Part shown: piece by piece, positions 48,468 through 60,391 of the stretch | Numbering within the stretch: the stretch's first letter is position 1 | Layout of the letters: each line of letters begins with the position of its first letter | Source: Candidatus Latescibacterota bacterium | GTDB taxonomy: Bacteria; Latescibacterota; UBA2968 | Direction: 5' to 3' | DNA length: 64,000 nucleotides | Assembly: GCA_965204745.1 (NCBI GenBank) | Contig: OZ242010.1 | Location: forward strand, 4,512,001 to 4,576,000 | Notes under the pieces: generated by a model | What the model was told of the DNA's origin: nothing | Databases searched by the model: none | The model's input: only the letters and a program-made list of their open reading frames with translations | Position numbers and translations under genes: made by a program

Positions 48468-50411
48468 ATGGCTGAAACACTGACCACAACATCTAGCGCA
48501 ACGCGCGAGGGGGTGACGCGCCGGGCCGTGGTGGTCGGGCTGGCGGTGGTGGTGTGGATCGCGTTTTGGAACACGCACGCCGAGTACCTCGCCCATACAT
48601 CGCGCATGAACATCAGCCATTTTCCGATGGTGCTCTTGTGTACGTATGTGATAGTCGTGTTGCTGAATCACGCATTGCGATGGATAAATCCCGGCTGCGC
48701 GCTTCGTCAAACCGAGTTGCTGGTGGTCTTGGGCATGGGCCTGTTGGCCGCGGCCATTCCCGCTTACGGTTTGACGAGCTTTTTTTTGGGCATGATTTCC
48801 GTGCCGCATTACTTGGCGACGCCTGAAAACCAATGGTCCGAGTTCGTCCACCCGCATTTGCCCGACTGGTTGGTGCCGAGCAATGAGGGCCGCGCCATGC
48901 AATGGCTCTACGAGGGCCTGCCCGCGGGGCAATCCATTCCTTGGAACGTGTGGGTCGTGCCCCTGTTTTGGTGGTTGAGCGTCATCGCGGCCATCGCGCT
49001 GGCCTCTATCGCGCTGGCGAGCATGTTGCGAAAACAATGGGCCGAACACGAGCGCGTGGCCTATCCGGTGCTCGGCCCGCCGGTCGCGCTAGCTGCGGAC
49101 GCGCCCAAAGGCGAGGGCATCTTGCACAATCGGCTGTTCTGGATCGGGTGCGGCCTGATTTTCTTTGTCAAGGCGTGGAATATCCTGTCCTATTTCAACC
49201 CCGGCATCCCCATTATTTGGCTCGGGCAACAGTGGTTCTACTTTGCGCGGTTTTATCCGCCCCAGCACACGGGCGTGAATTTTTTCACCATTGGCTTTGC
49301 GTATTTTGCCAATGTGGATGTGCTGTTTTCCATCTTGATCTTTCACCTGTTGTACCTCAATGAGATCGCGTTTTTTCGGCGCATTGGCTTTACCCTGTCC
49401 GCCAAAACGGGCCCAGGCGACGCGGTGGCGGGTCTGCAAAGCGCGGGGGCGTTTATCGCGCTGGTCTTCTGGACGTTTTGGACCGCGCGCCTGCACTTGA
49501 AAGAGGTGTTCCGCAAGGCACTGCGGGGCGATGAGGGGGTGGATGATTCGGGCGAGTTGATGTCGCATCGCGCGGCGGTTTTGTCCCTTGGCATCAGCGC
49601 GGTCTTCCTGATGTTGTGGTTGCGGACCATGGGCTTGGAATGGAAATTCGTGGGCCTGTTGACCGCGGGCTTGTTCATCGCGTACGTGGGCCTCGCCCGG
49701 GTGATTGCCGAAACCGGCGTGGTGTATATGAGCATGCCGATCAACGAGGCGGGCTTTGCGGGTTTGTTTTTTCACCCGGCGGATTATTCGGCAAATGCGC
49801 GCACGTCGATCACCCTGTTTTCCGCGCTGCGCTGCCAGAGCAAAGCGATGTTTATGGTGCCGCTGGTTCACATCGCCAAGTTGGGCGAGATGATCGCGCA
49901 GGAAAAGGGGCGGTTGTTGCCCATCGCGATCCTCACCTTGGTCGTGGGCATCGGCGGCACAGTGGTGTTGACGCTGTTTTTGAGCTATACGCACGGCGCG
50001 TACAATTTTAACGATTTTCCCTTTACGCGCTATCCACCCCGCGTGTATGACGCCTTGGTCAAAGCGATCAAGGAAGTGCCCGAATACAAACCCGAACGCT
50101 ACGTGTTCCTCGGCGCGGGCGTGTTCCTGTTCAGCGCGATCAGCTTTTTGCGCTATCGCTTTACGTGGTGGCCCCTGCATCAGATCGGGATGATCGTGCC
50201 GGTGGGGCACGCGATGCACTCGACCATGTCCATTTTCATCGCTTGGAGCGCGAAAGCCATTATCCTCCGCATCGGCGGCGCATCCCTGTACCAGCGCAGC
50301 CAACCCTTTTTCGTGGGCATGCTGGTAGGCTATGGCCTCGCCGTGTTCGTCTCGTATTTGGTGGATCAAATCTGGTTCCCTGGCCGCGGCCACCACATGC
50401 ATTCGTGGTAG
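48468..50411 (+). CDS. DUF6785/DUF6784-like polytopic membrane protein (putative transporter)
   Basis: Many TM segments; RKQW.E.ER..YP, R..AETG and WWPLH.IG motifs; start uncertain. Confidence 0.75.
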   Translation: MAETLTTTSSATREGVTRRAVVVGLAVVVWIAFWNTHAEYLAHTSRMNISHFPMVLLCTYVIVVLLNHALRWINPGCALRQTELLVVLGMGLLAAAIPAYGLTSFFLGMISVPHYLATPENQWSEFVHPHLPDWLVPSNEGRAMQWLYEGLPAGQSIPWNVWVVPLFWWLSVIAAIALASIALASMLRKQWAEHERVAYPVLGPPVALAADAPKGEGILHNRLFWIGCGLIFFVKAWNILSYFNPGIPIIWLGQQWFYFARFYPPQHTGVNFFTIGFAYFANVDVLFSILIFHLLYLNEIAFFRRIGFTLSAKTGPGDAVAGLQSAGAFIALVFWTFWTARLHLKEVFRKALRGDEGVDDSGELMSHRAAVLSLGISAVFLMLWLRTMGLEWKFVGLLTAGLFIAYVGLARVIAETGVVYMSMPINEAGFAGLFFHPADYSANARTSITLFSALRCQSKAMFMVPLVHIAKLGEMIAQEKGRLLPIAILTLVVGIGGTVVLTLFLSYTHGAYNFNDFPFTRYPPRVYDALVKAIKEVPEYKPERYVFLGAGVFLFSAISFLRYRFTWWPLHQIGMIVPVGHAMHSTMSIFIAWSAKAIILRIGGASLYQRSQPFFVGMLVGYGLAVFVSYLVDQIWFPGRGHHMHSW

Positions 50412-50486
50412 AATAAATTTCTTTTTGTCAACCCATCCTCTATTCATGAGATGGACACCTAATCCCCCAACGCAAAGAAGATTTTT

Positions 50487-53400
50487 ATGCGTAACCGGAT
50501 TTTATCAACGGGCTTGTTGATGACCGCTCTGATCGTGCTGATCTTTCTGAGCTATCGGGCCGTTGCTGAACCCGATGCCCAAGGTGGCGCGACCACAGGG
50601 GAAATTTCCCCGATTGCTGAACCGCACGCGAAAATGCCCGATGTACGCAAAGCACGGCGGTTGCTCGAACGCATCGCCGAAGCCACGCACAGATCGGATG
50701 ACATTACACAGCGCACGAAAGTTGCCGCTGGCGCCAATGCCAATACGCGGCTGTCGCTCGACCTGATCGCCAATGGCGGATCGGGCAATCGGCGAAATGA
50801 TGGCGTCACATCGGGCACCGTGTCTGGGCGAGGCACCAAAATTGCCATTGAGATTTTCGCAACCGGCGTCACCACCCCTTTGATCGGCATGCAACTTCGG
50901 TTTGACTTTGATTCGTCCCTCGTCACCTTTGTCAAAGCCGAGAACAGCGCGTTTGCCTTGAACCTGCCATCACCACCGACGGGCACAGACTTCGCGGCGA
51001 CGTCACCGGTCACATTGCCATCGTCTAATTTTCTGGCACGGGCAGAGTTCACCACAGCGTCCGATGTCACGGATAGGGAATTTTCCATTGGCATTGCGTC
51101 GGTGGTGCTTTCTGAAAGCCAGTCCTCGAGCGACAGGCTCATCACGAGAAACCGGATCTCGTTTAACGTTCCCACTACTCTCACGCCCGATTTTGATGGC
51201 GATGGGATGGTAGGCTTTTCCGACTTCTTGGCGTTTGCAGGGCGATATGGCACGCGGCGCGGGGATGGCAGATACCAAGCCAAGTACGATTTGAACCGCG
51301 ATGGCGCAATAGACTTTTCTGATTTTCTGAGTTTTGCCGGCAGTTATGGCAAGCCGCCCCCTAACAGTGGCGGTAGCAGTCCCGACGGTGAGCAACGGGG
51401 CGGTACGCCCAAGATGTACTGGGTGGACACGGGGAAGATTCAGCGTGCCAACCTCGATGGCTCGAATGTCGAAGACCTCATCACCACAGGATTGAGTGCG
51501 CCAGATGGCATCGCGCTGGATGTGGAACGCGGAAAGATGTACTGGACGGACTGGATCGCGGATAAGATTCAGCGTGCCAACCTCGATGGCTCAAATGTTG
51601 AAGACCTCATCACCACAGGATCGTATGGGCTAAGGGGCATCGCGCTGGATGTGGAGCGCGGAAAGATGTACTGGACGGACTGGTACACGGCTAAGATTCA
51701 GCGTGCCAACCTCAATGGCTCGAATGTCGAAGACCTCATCACCACAGGATTGAAGTCGCTAGATGGCATCGCGCTGGATGTGGAACGCGGAAAGATGTAC
51801 TGGACGGACTATGGCACGAATAAGATTCAGCGTGCCAACCTCGATGGCTCGAATGTCGAAGACCTCATCACCACAGGATTGAGGCTGCCACGGGGCATCG
51901 CGCTGGATGTGGAACGCGGAAAGATGTACTGGACGGACTATAGCACGAATAAGATTCAGCGTGTGCCAACCTCAATGGCTCAAATGTTGAAGACCTCATC
52001 ACCACAGGATTGAGGTATCCAGGTGGCATCGCGCTGGATGTGGAGCGCGGAAAGATGTATTGGACGGACTGGGGGGCACGGCTTAAGATTCAGCGTGCCA
52101 ACCTCGATGGCTCGAATGTCGAAGACCTCATCACCACAGGATTGAGGCTGCCACGGGGCATCGCACTGGATACCTCGGGGGCCGGTAGCAACGGCGGCGG
52201 TGGCAGTAGTCCCGATCTGATCGTTGAATCGCCTTCGGTCAGCGATAGCACCTTGACGCCTGGGCAATCCTTCACCTTGCAAGCCACAGTTCGCAATCGC
52301 GGCACGGGACAATCAGCCTCGACGACCTTGCGCTATTATCAATCGTCCAACGCGACGATCGCCACGAGCGATACAGAAGTGGGCACGGATTCGGTCAGCG
52401 GTCTTTCGGCTTCGGGCACGGGTTCGGGATTGATCCGTCTAACTGCTCCGTCGAGTGCTGGCACGTATTACTACGGCGCGTGCGTGGCAAGCGTCAGCGG
52501 CGAGAGCAACACCGACAACAACTGCTCGGATGGCGTGCGCGTCACGGTGAGTAGCGGCGGTGGCGGTGGCGGTACGCCCAAGATGTACTGGGTGGACCAG
52601 GAGGCGGCTAAGATTCAGCGTGCCAACTTGGATGGCTCCCAGGTTGAAGACCTCATCACCACAGGATTGGGTACGCCATCTGGCATCGCGCTGGATGTGG
52701 GACGCGGAAAGATGTACTGGACAGACTGGGACACGGATAAGATTCAGCGTGCTAGCTTGGATGGCTCCAATGTCGAAGACCTCATCACCACGGGATTGTG
52801 GCAGCCACTTGGCATCGCGCTGGATGTGGGACGCGGAAAGATGTACTGGACAGACCAGGGCACGGCTAAGATTCAGCGTGCCAACTTGGATGGCTCCAAT
52901 GTCGAAGACCTCATCACCACAGGATTGAGGCGACCAGTTGGCATCACGCTGGATGTGAGACGCGGAAAGATGTACTGGACGGACTGGGACACGGAGAAAA
53001 TTCAGCGTGCCAACTTGGATGGCTCCCAGGTTGAAGACCTCATCACCACAGGATTGAGTTACCCACGGGGCATCGTGCTGGATGTGGGACGCGGAAAGAT
53101 GTACTGGACGGACTATGGCACGGAGAAGATTCAGCGTGCCAACTTGGATGGCTCCAATGTCGAAGACCTCATCACCACAGGATTGAGTTATCCACTTGGC
53201 ATCGCGTTGGATGTGGGACGCGAAAAGATGTACTGGACGGACTGGGACACGGAGAAGATTCAGCGTGCCAACTTGGATGGTTCCAATGCCGAAGACCTCA
53301 TCACCACAGGATTGAGGGAGCCAAATGGCATCGCGCTGGATACCTTGGGGGCCGGTAGTATCAGTCGTCCCGATCTGATCGTTGAATCGCCTTCTGTCAG

Positions 53401-56137
53401 CGACAGCACGCTGACGCCTGGGCAATCCTTTACCTTGCGCGCCACGGTTCGCAATCGCGGCACGGGGCAATCAGCCTCGACGATCTTGCGCTATTATCAA
53501 TCGTCCAAATCGACGATCGCCACGAGCGATACAGAAGTGGGCACGGATTCGGTCAGCGGTCTTTCGGCTTCGGGCACGGGTTCGGAATCGGTCAGTCTAA
53601 CTGCGCCGTCGAGTGCCGGCACGTATTACTACGGCGCGTGCGTGGCAAGCGTCAGCGGCGAGAGCAACACCGATAACAACTGCTCGGATGGCGTGCGCGT
53701 TACGGTGAGTAGCGGCGGTGGCGATGGTGGCGATGGCGATGGCGGTGGCGGTGGCGGTGGCGGCGAGGTTGGTACGCCGAAGATGTACTGGAGAGACACT
53801 GGCACGGCCAAGATTCAGCGTGCCAACTTGGATGGCTCTCAGGTCAAAGACCTCATCACCACAGGATTGAGGGAGCCACTTGGCATCGCGCTGGATGTGG
53901 GACGCGGAAAGATGTACTGGACGGACTATGGCACGGATAAGATTCAGTGTGCCAACCTCGATGGCTCCCAGGTTGAAGACCTCATCACCACAGGATTGAC
54001 TACGCCAGTTGGCATCGTGCTGGATGTGGAACGCGGAAAGATGTACTGGACGGACACTGGCACGGATAAGATTCAGCGTGCCAACTTGGATGGCTCCAAT
54101 GTCGAAGACCTCGTCACCACAGGATTGACTACGCCAGAAGGCATCGCGCTGGATGTGGAACGCGGAAAGATGTACTGGACGGACTGGGGCACGACTAAGA
54201 TTCAGCGCGCCAACTTGGATGGCTCTCAGGTCGAAGACCTCATCACCACAGGATTGACTACGCCAGTTGGCATCGCGCTGGATGTGGAACGCGGAAAGAT
54301 GTACTGGACGGACACTGGCACGGCCAAGATTCAGCGTGCCAACTTGGATGGCTCCAATGTCGAAGACCTCATCACCACAGGATTGAGTAGGCCAAATGGC
54401 ATCGCGCTGGATGTGGGCCGCGGAAAGGTGTACTGGACGGACATTGGCACGGCTAAGATTCAGCGTGCCAACTTGGATGGCTCTCAGGTCGAAGACCTCA
54501 TCACCACAGGATTGAGGACGCCAGGTGGCATCGCGCTGGATACCTCGGGGGCCGGTAGTATCAGTCGTCCCGATCTGATCGTTGAATCGCCTTCGGTCAG
54601 CGACAACACGCTAACGCCTGGGCAATCCTTTACCCTGAAAGCCACAGTTCGCAACCGGGGCACGGGGCAATCAGCCTTGACGACCTTGCGCTATTATCAA
54701 TCGTCCGACGCGACGATCTCCACGAGCGATACAGAAGTGGGCACAGCTTCGGTCAGCGGTCTTTCGGCTTCGGGCATGGGTTCGGAATCGATCAGTCTGA
54801 CTGCGCCGTCGAGTGCTGGCACGTATTACTACGGCGCGTGCGTGGCAAGCGTCAGCGGCGAGAGCAACACCGACAACAACTGCTCGGATGGCGTGCGCGT
54901 CACGGTCGAGGTCAAGGATGACCACAGCAATACCCGATCTGACGCGACCAGCCTGTCTTTGGGTAGCTCACGCTCTGGGCAGATAGACACCGGCGGCGAT
55001 GTCGATTACTTCAGAGTGCAAGTCAGCCGTTCTGGCACCTTGACGGTTTATACGACAGGATACACCGATACTTATGGTACGTTGCAAAACCGTTTCGGCT
55101 CCTCTTTGGAAACCGATGACGATGGAGGAAGTGGTAATAATTTCAGTATCGAACGTTCCGTGAGTGCGGGGACCTACTACATCGCAGTACGAGGATATGA
55201 CTCGTCAGCGACTGGAAGTTATGCCGTTCACGCAAATCACGAAGAGGCAGAGGTCTCCGGCACCGCAGGGACCTTCCACATTGATCTCGTCTTCCCCAAC
55301 GACAGCGACTTCACGGCCTCACAGAAAGCATTGTTCCAGCAGGCCGCCACGCACTGGATGTCGATCATCACAGAAGACCTTCCGGATATCGACTTTTCGA
55401 CCAATCCGGTCTACTACTATGACGTGTTGTTGGGCCTGATTCACGTCGACGACGCTGTAGATGATTTGCGGATATACGTGCGTAGCGTCTATATTGACGG
55501 GTTGAGTAATACGCTGGGGCAAGCGGGGCCATTACATATACGGCACAGTTCTAACCTGCCGAGCCTCGGCATCCTACTCCTCGATGCGGCTGACCTAAAG
55601 CGCATGGAAGAGGACGGATTCTTGTACTCGGTGATTCTTCACGAGATGGGGCATGTGCTGGGAATCGGTACCCTCTGGAGCGAACACGGCTGGCTTCAGA
55701 ATCCATCTTCCAACAACCCGGGGGCAGACACGCACTTTACCGGGCCGCGGACGATTCAGGCGTTCGACAATGCGGAAGGTTGGGACTACACAGGGGCTAA
55801 GGTACCGGTAGAGAATGAGCGCGATAAAGGCCAAGACGGGCATTGGCGGGAGCGCGTGTTGGACCATGAACTCATGACGGGATGGACAGAGAGGGGCATG
55901 CCCGAAGCCCTGAGCGCGATCACGATCCAATCTTTAGCCGACCTCGGCTATCGAGTTGACATCAGTCGGGCCGACGCATACAGCTTGCCCGACCCAACCC
56001 AGGTGAGTGCGAAAACCGCCGAGGGACATGGCCTCAGTTTCGAGAACTGCATCCGAAGCGGGCCGATCTACGTCGTAGATGAGCAGGGGCGCGTCCTCCG
56101 CATTATCGAAAATGAGGCGCACCCCGCCAAAGAATAA
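50487..56137 (+). pseudogene. Large secreted mosaic protein (EF-hand/dockerin, three YWTD propellers alternating with CARDB-like domains, PPC, leishmanolysin-like peptidase) split by a 2-bp insertion
   Basis: 18 YWTD-type 43-aa repeats; PDLIVESP CARDB-like domains; HEMGHVLGIG...GHW.E..LDHELMT; extra GT at 51961-51962. Confidence 0.85.
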
Positions 56138-56184
56138 ACAGCGGGACTTGGGGAAGGGAACGCCCAGTAGGGATGTTGGGCGGA

Positions 56185-56246
56185 CTGACCACTAACCACT
56201 AACCACTGACCACTGACAACTGACAACTGACAACTGACAACTGACC
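56185..56246. repeat. Heptamer microsatellite (ctgacaa/ctgacca/ctaacca)
   Basis: About 9 tandem 7-mers directly before the thiG ATG; similar runs at 33.26k, 33.41k and 63.35k. Confidence 0.85.
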
Positions 56247-57023
56247 ATGACAAACGACTTCACAATCGCAGGCGTGACCTACCGATCTCGACTGTTGATC
56301 GGCAGCGCGCGCTATCCCAACATGCAAGTGATGCTGAAGGCCATCGAGGCCAGCGGGGCAGAGATCGTCACCGTGGGGATACGGCGGATCGACATGCATG
56401 ACGCATCCGGCGAGGGCGTGCTCAATTTGCTCGACAGATCGCGCTACGCCATTTTGCCCAATACAGCCGGGTGTTTCACGGCGCGAGACGCGGTGTTGAC
56501 CGCAAAATTGGCACGCGAAGCACTCGAAACCGATTGGGTCAAATTGGAGGTGATCGGGGATGAGCGCACCTTGTTTCCGGACGTGACCGGGTTGCTCCAC
56601 GCTGCCGAAACACTGGTGAACGACGGGTTCACCGTGTTGCCCTATTGCAATGACGATCCCATTACCTGCAAGAAATTGGAGGACTTGGGATGCGCTGCGG
56701 TGATGCCCCTCGGCGCGCCCATTGGTTCGGGCATGGGGATTCGCAATCCCTACAACATTCAAATCATTTTGGATTCGGTGCGCGTGCCGGTGATCGTGGA
56801 TGCGGGCGTGGGCACGGCGTCCGACGCTGCGTTGGCAATGGAATTGGGATGCGATGGCGTGTTGCTGAATACCGCAGTCGCGGGGGCGCGGCATCCGGTA
56901 AAGATGGCCCGAGCGATGAAAAACGGGGTTCAGGCCGGGCGATGGGCGTTTGAGGCCGGGCGGATTCCCCGCAAGTTGTACGCCACGGCTTCCACGACAA
57001 TGGAAGGACGGGTGGTCTTGTGA
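56247..57023 (+). CDS. thiG: Thiazole synthase
   Basis: [25 protein letters not shown] and DAGVG.ASDA motifs. Confidence 0.97.
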   Translation: MTNDFTIAGVTYRSRLLIGSARYPNMQVMLKAIEASGAEIVTVGIRRIDMHDASGEGVLNLLDRSRYAILPNTAGCFTARDAVLTAKLAREALETDWVKLEVIGDERTLFPDVTGLLHAAETLVNDGFTVLPYCNDDPITCKKLEDLGCAAVMPLGAPIGSGMGIRNPYNIQIILDSVRVPVIVDAGVGTASDAALAMELGCDGVLLNTAVAGARHPVKMARAMKNGVQAGRWAFEAGRIPRKLYATASTTMEGRVVL

Positions 57024-57649
57024 CGCCCCTCTATCTGATTGCGGATCGGGCGACGTGCGGGGATCGTCCGCTGTTGGATGTGCTCGCGCGGGCATTGGAC
57101 GCGGGCGTGCGATTGGTGCAGGTGCGAGAAAAGGCCCTGCACCGCGATGCGTTGAACGCACTGGCTACCCGCGCGTTGTCTCTCACTGCGCGTTATGACG
57201 CGATGCTCTTGATCAACTCCGCAACCGATGTCGCGCTGAAGCTCGGCGTGCAAGGCGTGCATTTGCCGAGCGATGTATCGCCGCGAGGGACCCGCGATTG
57301 GGCCATAGCCCGCGGCGCACGGGATTTTTTGATCGGCTATTCCGCGCATACGCTCGCGGAATTGGATCGCGCAGAGGGCGCGGATTTTGTGACGTACAGC
57401 CCCATTTTCACACCGGGGTCCAAGCCCGGTTACGATGGCGCGAAAGTGGGCCTTGTCGGACTCGCGCAAGCCGTAACGCATTCTCCCATGCCCGTGTACG
57501 CCCTCGGCGGGATAACCCCCGGTCGCACCTCCAAATGCAGGGCGACGGGATGCGCGGGCGTCGCGGCGATGTCGGGCATTTTGGCGGCAACAGATCCGGG
57601 CAGAGCCGTGCGCGAATATTTAGCAGCGTGGGAAGAGTTTGAACCATGA
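57020..57649 (+). CDS. Thiamine phosphate synthase / TenI-like protein
   Basis: QVREK, GVHL, SAH and ALGGI; LINS replaces the IND of canonical ThiE, which fits TenI. Confidence 0.85.
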   Translation: MTPLYLIADRATCGDRPLLDVLARALDAGVRLVQVREKALHRDALNALATRALSLTARYDAMLLINSATDVALKLGVQGVHLPSDVSPRGTRDWAIARGARDFLIGYSAHTLAELDRAEGADFVTYSPIFTPGSKPGYDGAKVGLVGLAQAVTHSPMPVYALGGITPGRTSKCRATGCAGVAAMSGILAATDPGRAVREYLAAWEEFEP

Positions 57650-58443
57650 AACAAGCACTGACTATCGCGGGATCAGACTCTGGCGGGGGCGCGGGCATTC
57701 AGGCGGATTTGAAAGCCTTTCACGCGCACGGCGTATTTGGCCTGTCGGCGATAACATCGGTCACAGCGCAAAATACCCAAGCCGTGTGCGCGGCCTATGA
57801 GTTGCCCGAACAGATCATCCGCGCTCAGATCGCCGCCGTGTTCGACGATTTTGAGATCGCCGCGGTCAAGACCGGGATGCTGTCCTCCTGCGCGATTGTC
57901 GAGGCCGTGGGCGATGCGTTGGCAACGCGCAACCGGCAACCGCTCGTGGTCGATCCGGTGATGGTTTCCACCAGTGGATTTCCATTGCTCAACGCCGATG
58001 CCATCCAAGGCATTGTCCATCACCTATTGCCCCTCGCAACTGTTGTGACGCCCAACCGGCATGAAGCGGAAGTGTTGGCCCACCAAAAAATCGACACGCG
58101 AACAGCCGCGGGCATTGCCGCGCGAAAAATCGCCGATTTGGGCGCGCGTGCCGTGCTGGTCAAAGGCGGGCATTTGCAGGGCGCGGCTGTGGATGTGCTG
58201 TGGGATGGCGATAGCGAGACGCTTTTTGAATGCGAACGCCTAACCACCGCGAACACGCACGGAACCGGATGCACCTTAGCCTCGGCAATCGCCGCCAATT
58301 TGGCCCTGGGATGCGGGTTGCGCGATGCCATCGCCAAAGCAAAAACGTACCTTACCGAAGCCATCCGGCACGGCCCGAACATCGGCAAAGGCAATGGCCC
58401 GACCGATCATTTTTATTTTTTTCGACAAGTGATTCTGCGATGA
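57646..58443 (+). CDS. thiD: Hydroxymethylpyrimidine/phosphomethylpyrimidine kinase
   Basis: IAGSDSGGGAGIQADLK, VKTGML, DPVM and THGTGC motifs. Confidence 0.97.
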   Translation: MKQALTIAGSDSGGGAGIQADLKAFHAHGVFGLSAITSVTAQNTQAVCAAYELPEQIIRAQIAAVFDDFEIAAVKTGMLSSCAIVEAVGDALATRNRQPLVVDPVMVSTSGFPLLNADAIQGIVHHLLPLATVVTPNRHEAEVLAHQKIDTRTAAGIAARKIADLGARAVLVKGGHLQGAAVDVLWDGDSETLFECERLTTANTHGTGCTLASAIAANLALGCGLRDAIAKAKTYLTEAIRHGPNIGKGNGPTDHFYFFRQVILR

Positions 58444-59087
58444 AGAAAATTGGCAAACTCCATGTGATAACCGATATCGTCTGTCAAGATCGCTTCTCAC
58501 ACGAGGCGTTGGCGCGACTGGCCGTTGCAGGCGGGGCCGATGCGATTCAGTTTCGGCAAAAAGCGGGCGCGACGCGCGAGTTGATCCAGACCGCGATTGC
58601 CGTGAAACAAGCGTGTGGCGACGTGCCCTTAATCGTGAATGATCGGGTCGATGTGGCGATAGCCGCAGGCGCGGATGGCGTGCATTTGGGGCAGGAGGAT
58701 TTCCCCATTGACCGGGCGCGCGCCCTGCTCGGGGAAAGCGCGCTGATCGGCGGCACCGCAAAAACGCGCTCGCAAGCGCGTCAGTGCATGGCACAAGGCG
58801 CGGATTACATCGGCTTTGGCCCGATTTACACCACTGATTCAAAAGCCGATGCCGGAAGCGCGAAGGGGCTGGATGCCTTGCGCGAGTTGGTCGCTGGGAT
58901 CGACATTCCGATTGTCGCTATCGGGGGCATCGGCCTAGAAAATGTCGTTGACGTGATGGACACTGGCGCGCACGGCATCGCGGTGATCTCAGCGGTGTGC
59001 TGTCAGGCCGACCCCGCGGAGGCGACAAGGAAGTTGCGGAACGCTACATTATCGGTACCCCCCGTTACTCGCTACGCTTCGTTGTAG
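58440..59087 (+). CDS. thiE: Thiamine phosphate synthase
   Basis: QFRQK, VNDRVD, GVHLGQED and AIGGI; ATGA overlap with thiD. Confidence 0.93.
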   Translation: MKKIGKLHVITDIVCQDRFSHEALARLAVAGGADAIQFRQKAGATRELIQTAIAVKQACGDVPLIVNDRVDVAIAAGADGVHLGQEDFPIDRARALLGESALIGGTAKTRSQARQCMAQGADYIGFGPIYTTDSKADAGSAKGLDALRELVAGIDIPIVAIGGIGLENVVDVMDTGAHGIAVISAVCCQADPAEATRKLRNATLSVPPVTRYASL

Positions 59088-59405
59088 GCTACGCCTGTGC
59101 CTAAGAGGAAGGGGGAAACTGTGAGAGGTTTTGCGAGGGGACCTACCCCCTAGCCCCGTTACTCGCTACGCTTCGTTGTAGGCTACGCCTGTGCCTAAGA
59201 GGAAGGGGAAATGGCGAGCGGTTTTGCGCGGGGATGGTGTGAGGGATTTTTAATCGCTTTATGCCCTCGCGCAACGCCATCAGAGCAACCAGAGCGAGAA
59301 GCCATCAAAGGAGCTTTACTCCCCTTTCCTCGTAGGAAAGGGGCCGGGGGATAGGTCCCCTCGCGCAACGCCATCAGAGCAACTAGAACTAGAAGCCATC
59401 AAAGG
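59055..59405. repeat. Dispersed repeat family B copy with internal duplication
   Basis: ccccgttactcgctacgcttcgttgtaggctacgcctgtgcctaagaggaagggg occurs twice; cgcgcaacgccatcagagcaac occurs twice. Confidence 0.88.
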
Positions 59406-59457
59406 AAATCGCCTCGTTTTATTTTTTTGATTAGAACAACTCGAGATCAAATGGGTA

Positions 59458-60363
59458 CTATGTGGTTGCACCCGTGCGGGCTTGGATGTCTGACATGTCT
59501 TCGACGACTGTGAGCAGGCCCGAATGGTCGAGTTCGCCCCGGCCTTTGACCATTGCCGTTTTGAACAATTCAAAAACCTCGCTGGTGACGGGCAAGGGCA
59601 CGCCGAAGTCGTTGCTCGTTTTTTGGATGATGTTGAGGTCTTTGTAGTGCAGGCGGATGCGAAAGCCCGGGTCAAAGTCGCCGTTGACCATGCGTTCGCC
59701 CCGGTTTTCGAGGACGCCGCAACGCGCGAGTCCGCCGCTGAGGACTTGCACGATTTTGAGCGGATCAACGCCCGCTTTCGCGCCCATTGTGAGGGCTTCA
59801 GAGACGCCGGCAATGGTGATGGCGACGAGGATTTGGTTGCACGCTTTCACGGTTTGCCCGGCGCCGAGGGGGCCGCACAAGACCGCGCTTTGGCCCATGA
59901 TGTCAAAGAGCGGTTTGACGGTGTTGAACGTGTCTTCGTCGCCGCCGACCATGATGGAGAGGGTGGCGTTTTGCGCGCCGATGTCGCCGCCGCTGACGGG
60001 GGCATCCAGACATTTGACGCCTTTTTCTGCGAGCACATTCCCCACATGCGCGGCAGTGCTGGGCGCGATGGTGCTCATATCGACGAAGATCATGCCTTCG
60101 TGCGCGCCTTCGACAATACCGCCCGCGCCCAAGGCGACGCTTTCCACGTCGGGCGAATCGGGCAACATGGTGATGGCGATGTCACTTTGTTCGGCCACGG
60201 CTTTGCCAGAGCAGGCGGCCATGGCCCCTTTGCCGACGAGTTCGTCAACCGCGTCTCGGCTGCGATTGTGAACGATGAGGTCATACCCGGCGGCGAGTAA
60301 ATGCCCGGCCATGGGCTTGCCCATGATTCCGAGGCCGATAAATCCAACTTTTGGTTGCGACAT
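59458..60363 (-). CDS. 2-hydroxy-3-oxopropionate reductase (GarR/GlxR-like)
   Basis: GFIGLGIMG.PMA, DAPVSGG, KACNQ and PGFRI.LH.KDL motifs. Confidence 0.9.
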   Translation of the reverse strand: MSQPKVGFIGLGIMGKPMAGHLLAAGYDLIVHNRSRDAVDELVGKGAMAACSGKAVAEQSDIAITMLPDSPDVESVALGAGGIVEGAHEGMIFVDMSTIAPSTAAHVGNVLAEKGVKCLDAPVSGGDIGAQNATLSIMVGGDEDTFNTVKPLFDIMGQSAVLCGPLGAGQTVKACNQILVAITIAGVSEALTMGAKAGVDPLKIVQVLSGGLARCGVLENRGERMVNGDFDPGFRIRLHYKDLNIIQKTSNDFGVPLPVTSEVFELFKTAMVKGRGELDHSGLLTVVEDMSDIQARTGATT

Positions 60364-60391
60364 GTGATACTCCTTTCCTTTTTTGTGTGCG

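Noticed and set aside
51410-54545. Diversity-generating retroelement or CRISPR in the YWTD repeats
   Set aside because: The repeats are in-frame coding units; no reverse transcriptase or template repeat is in the window and variation is not evidently adenine-specific
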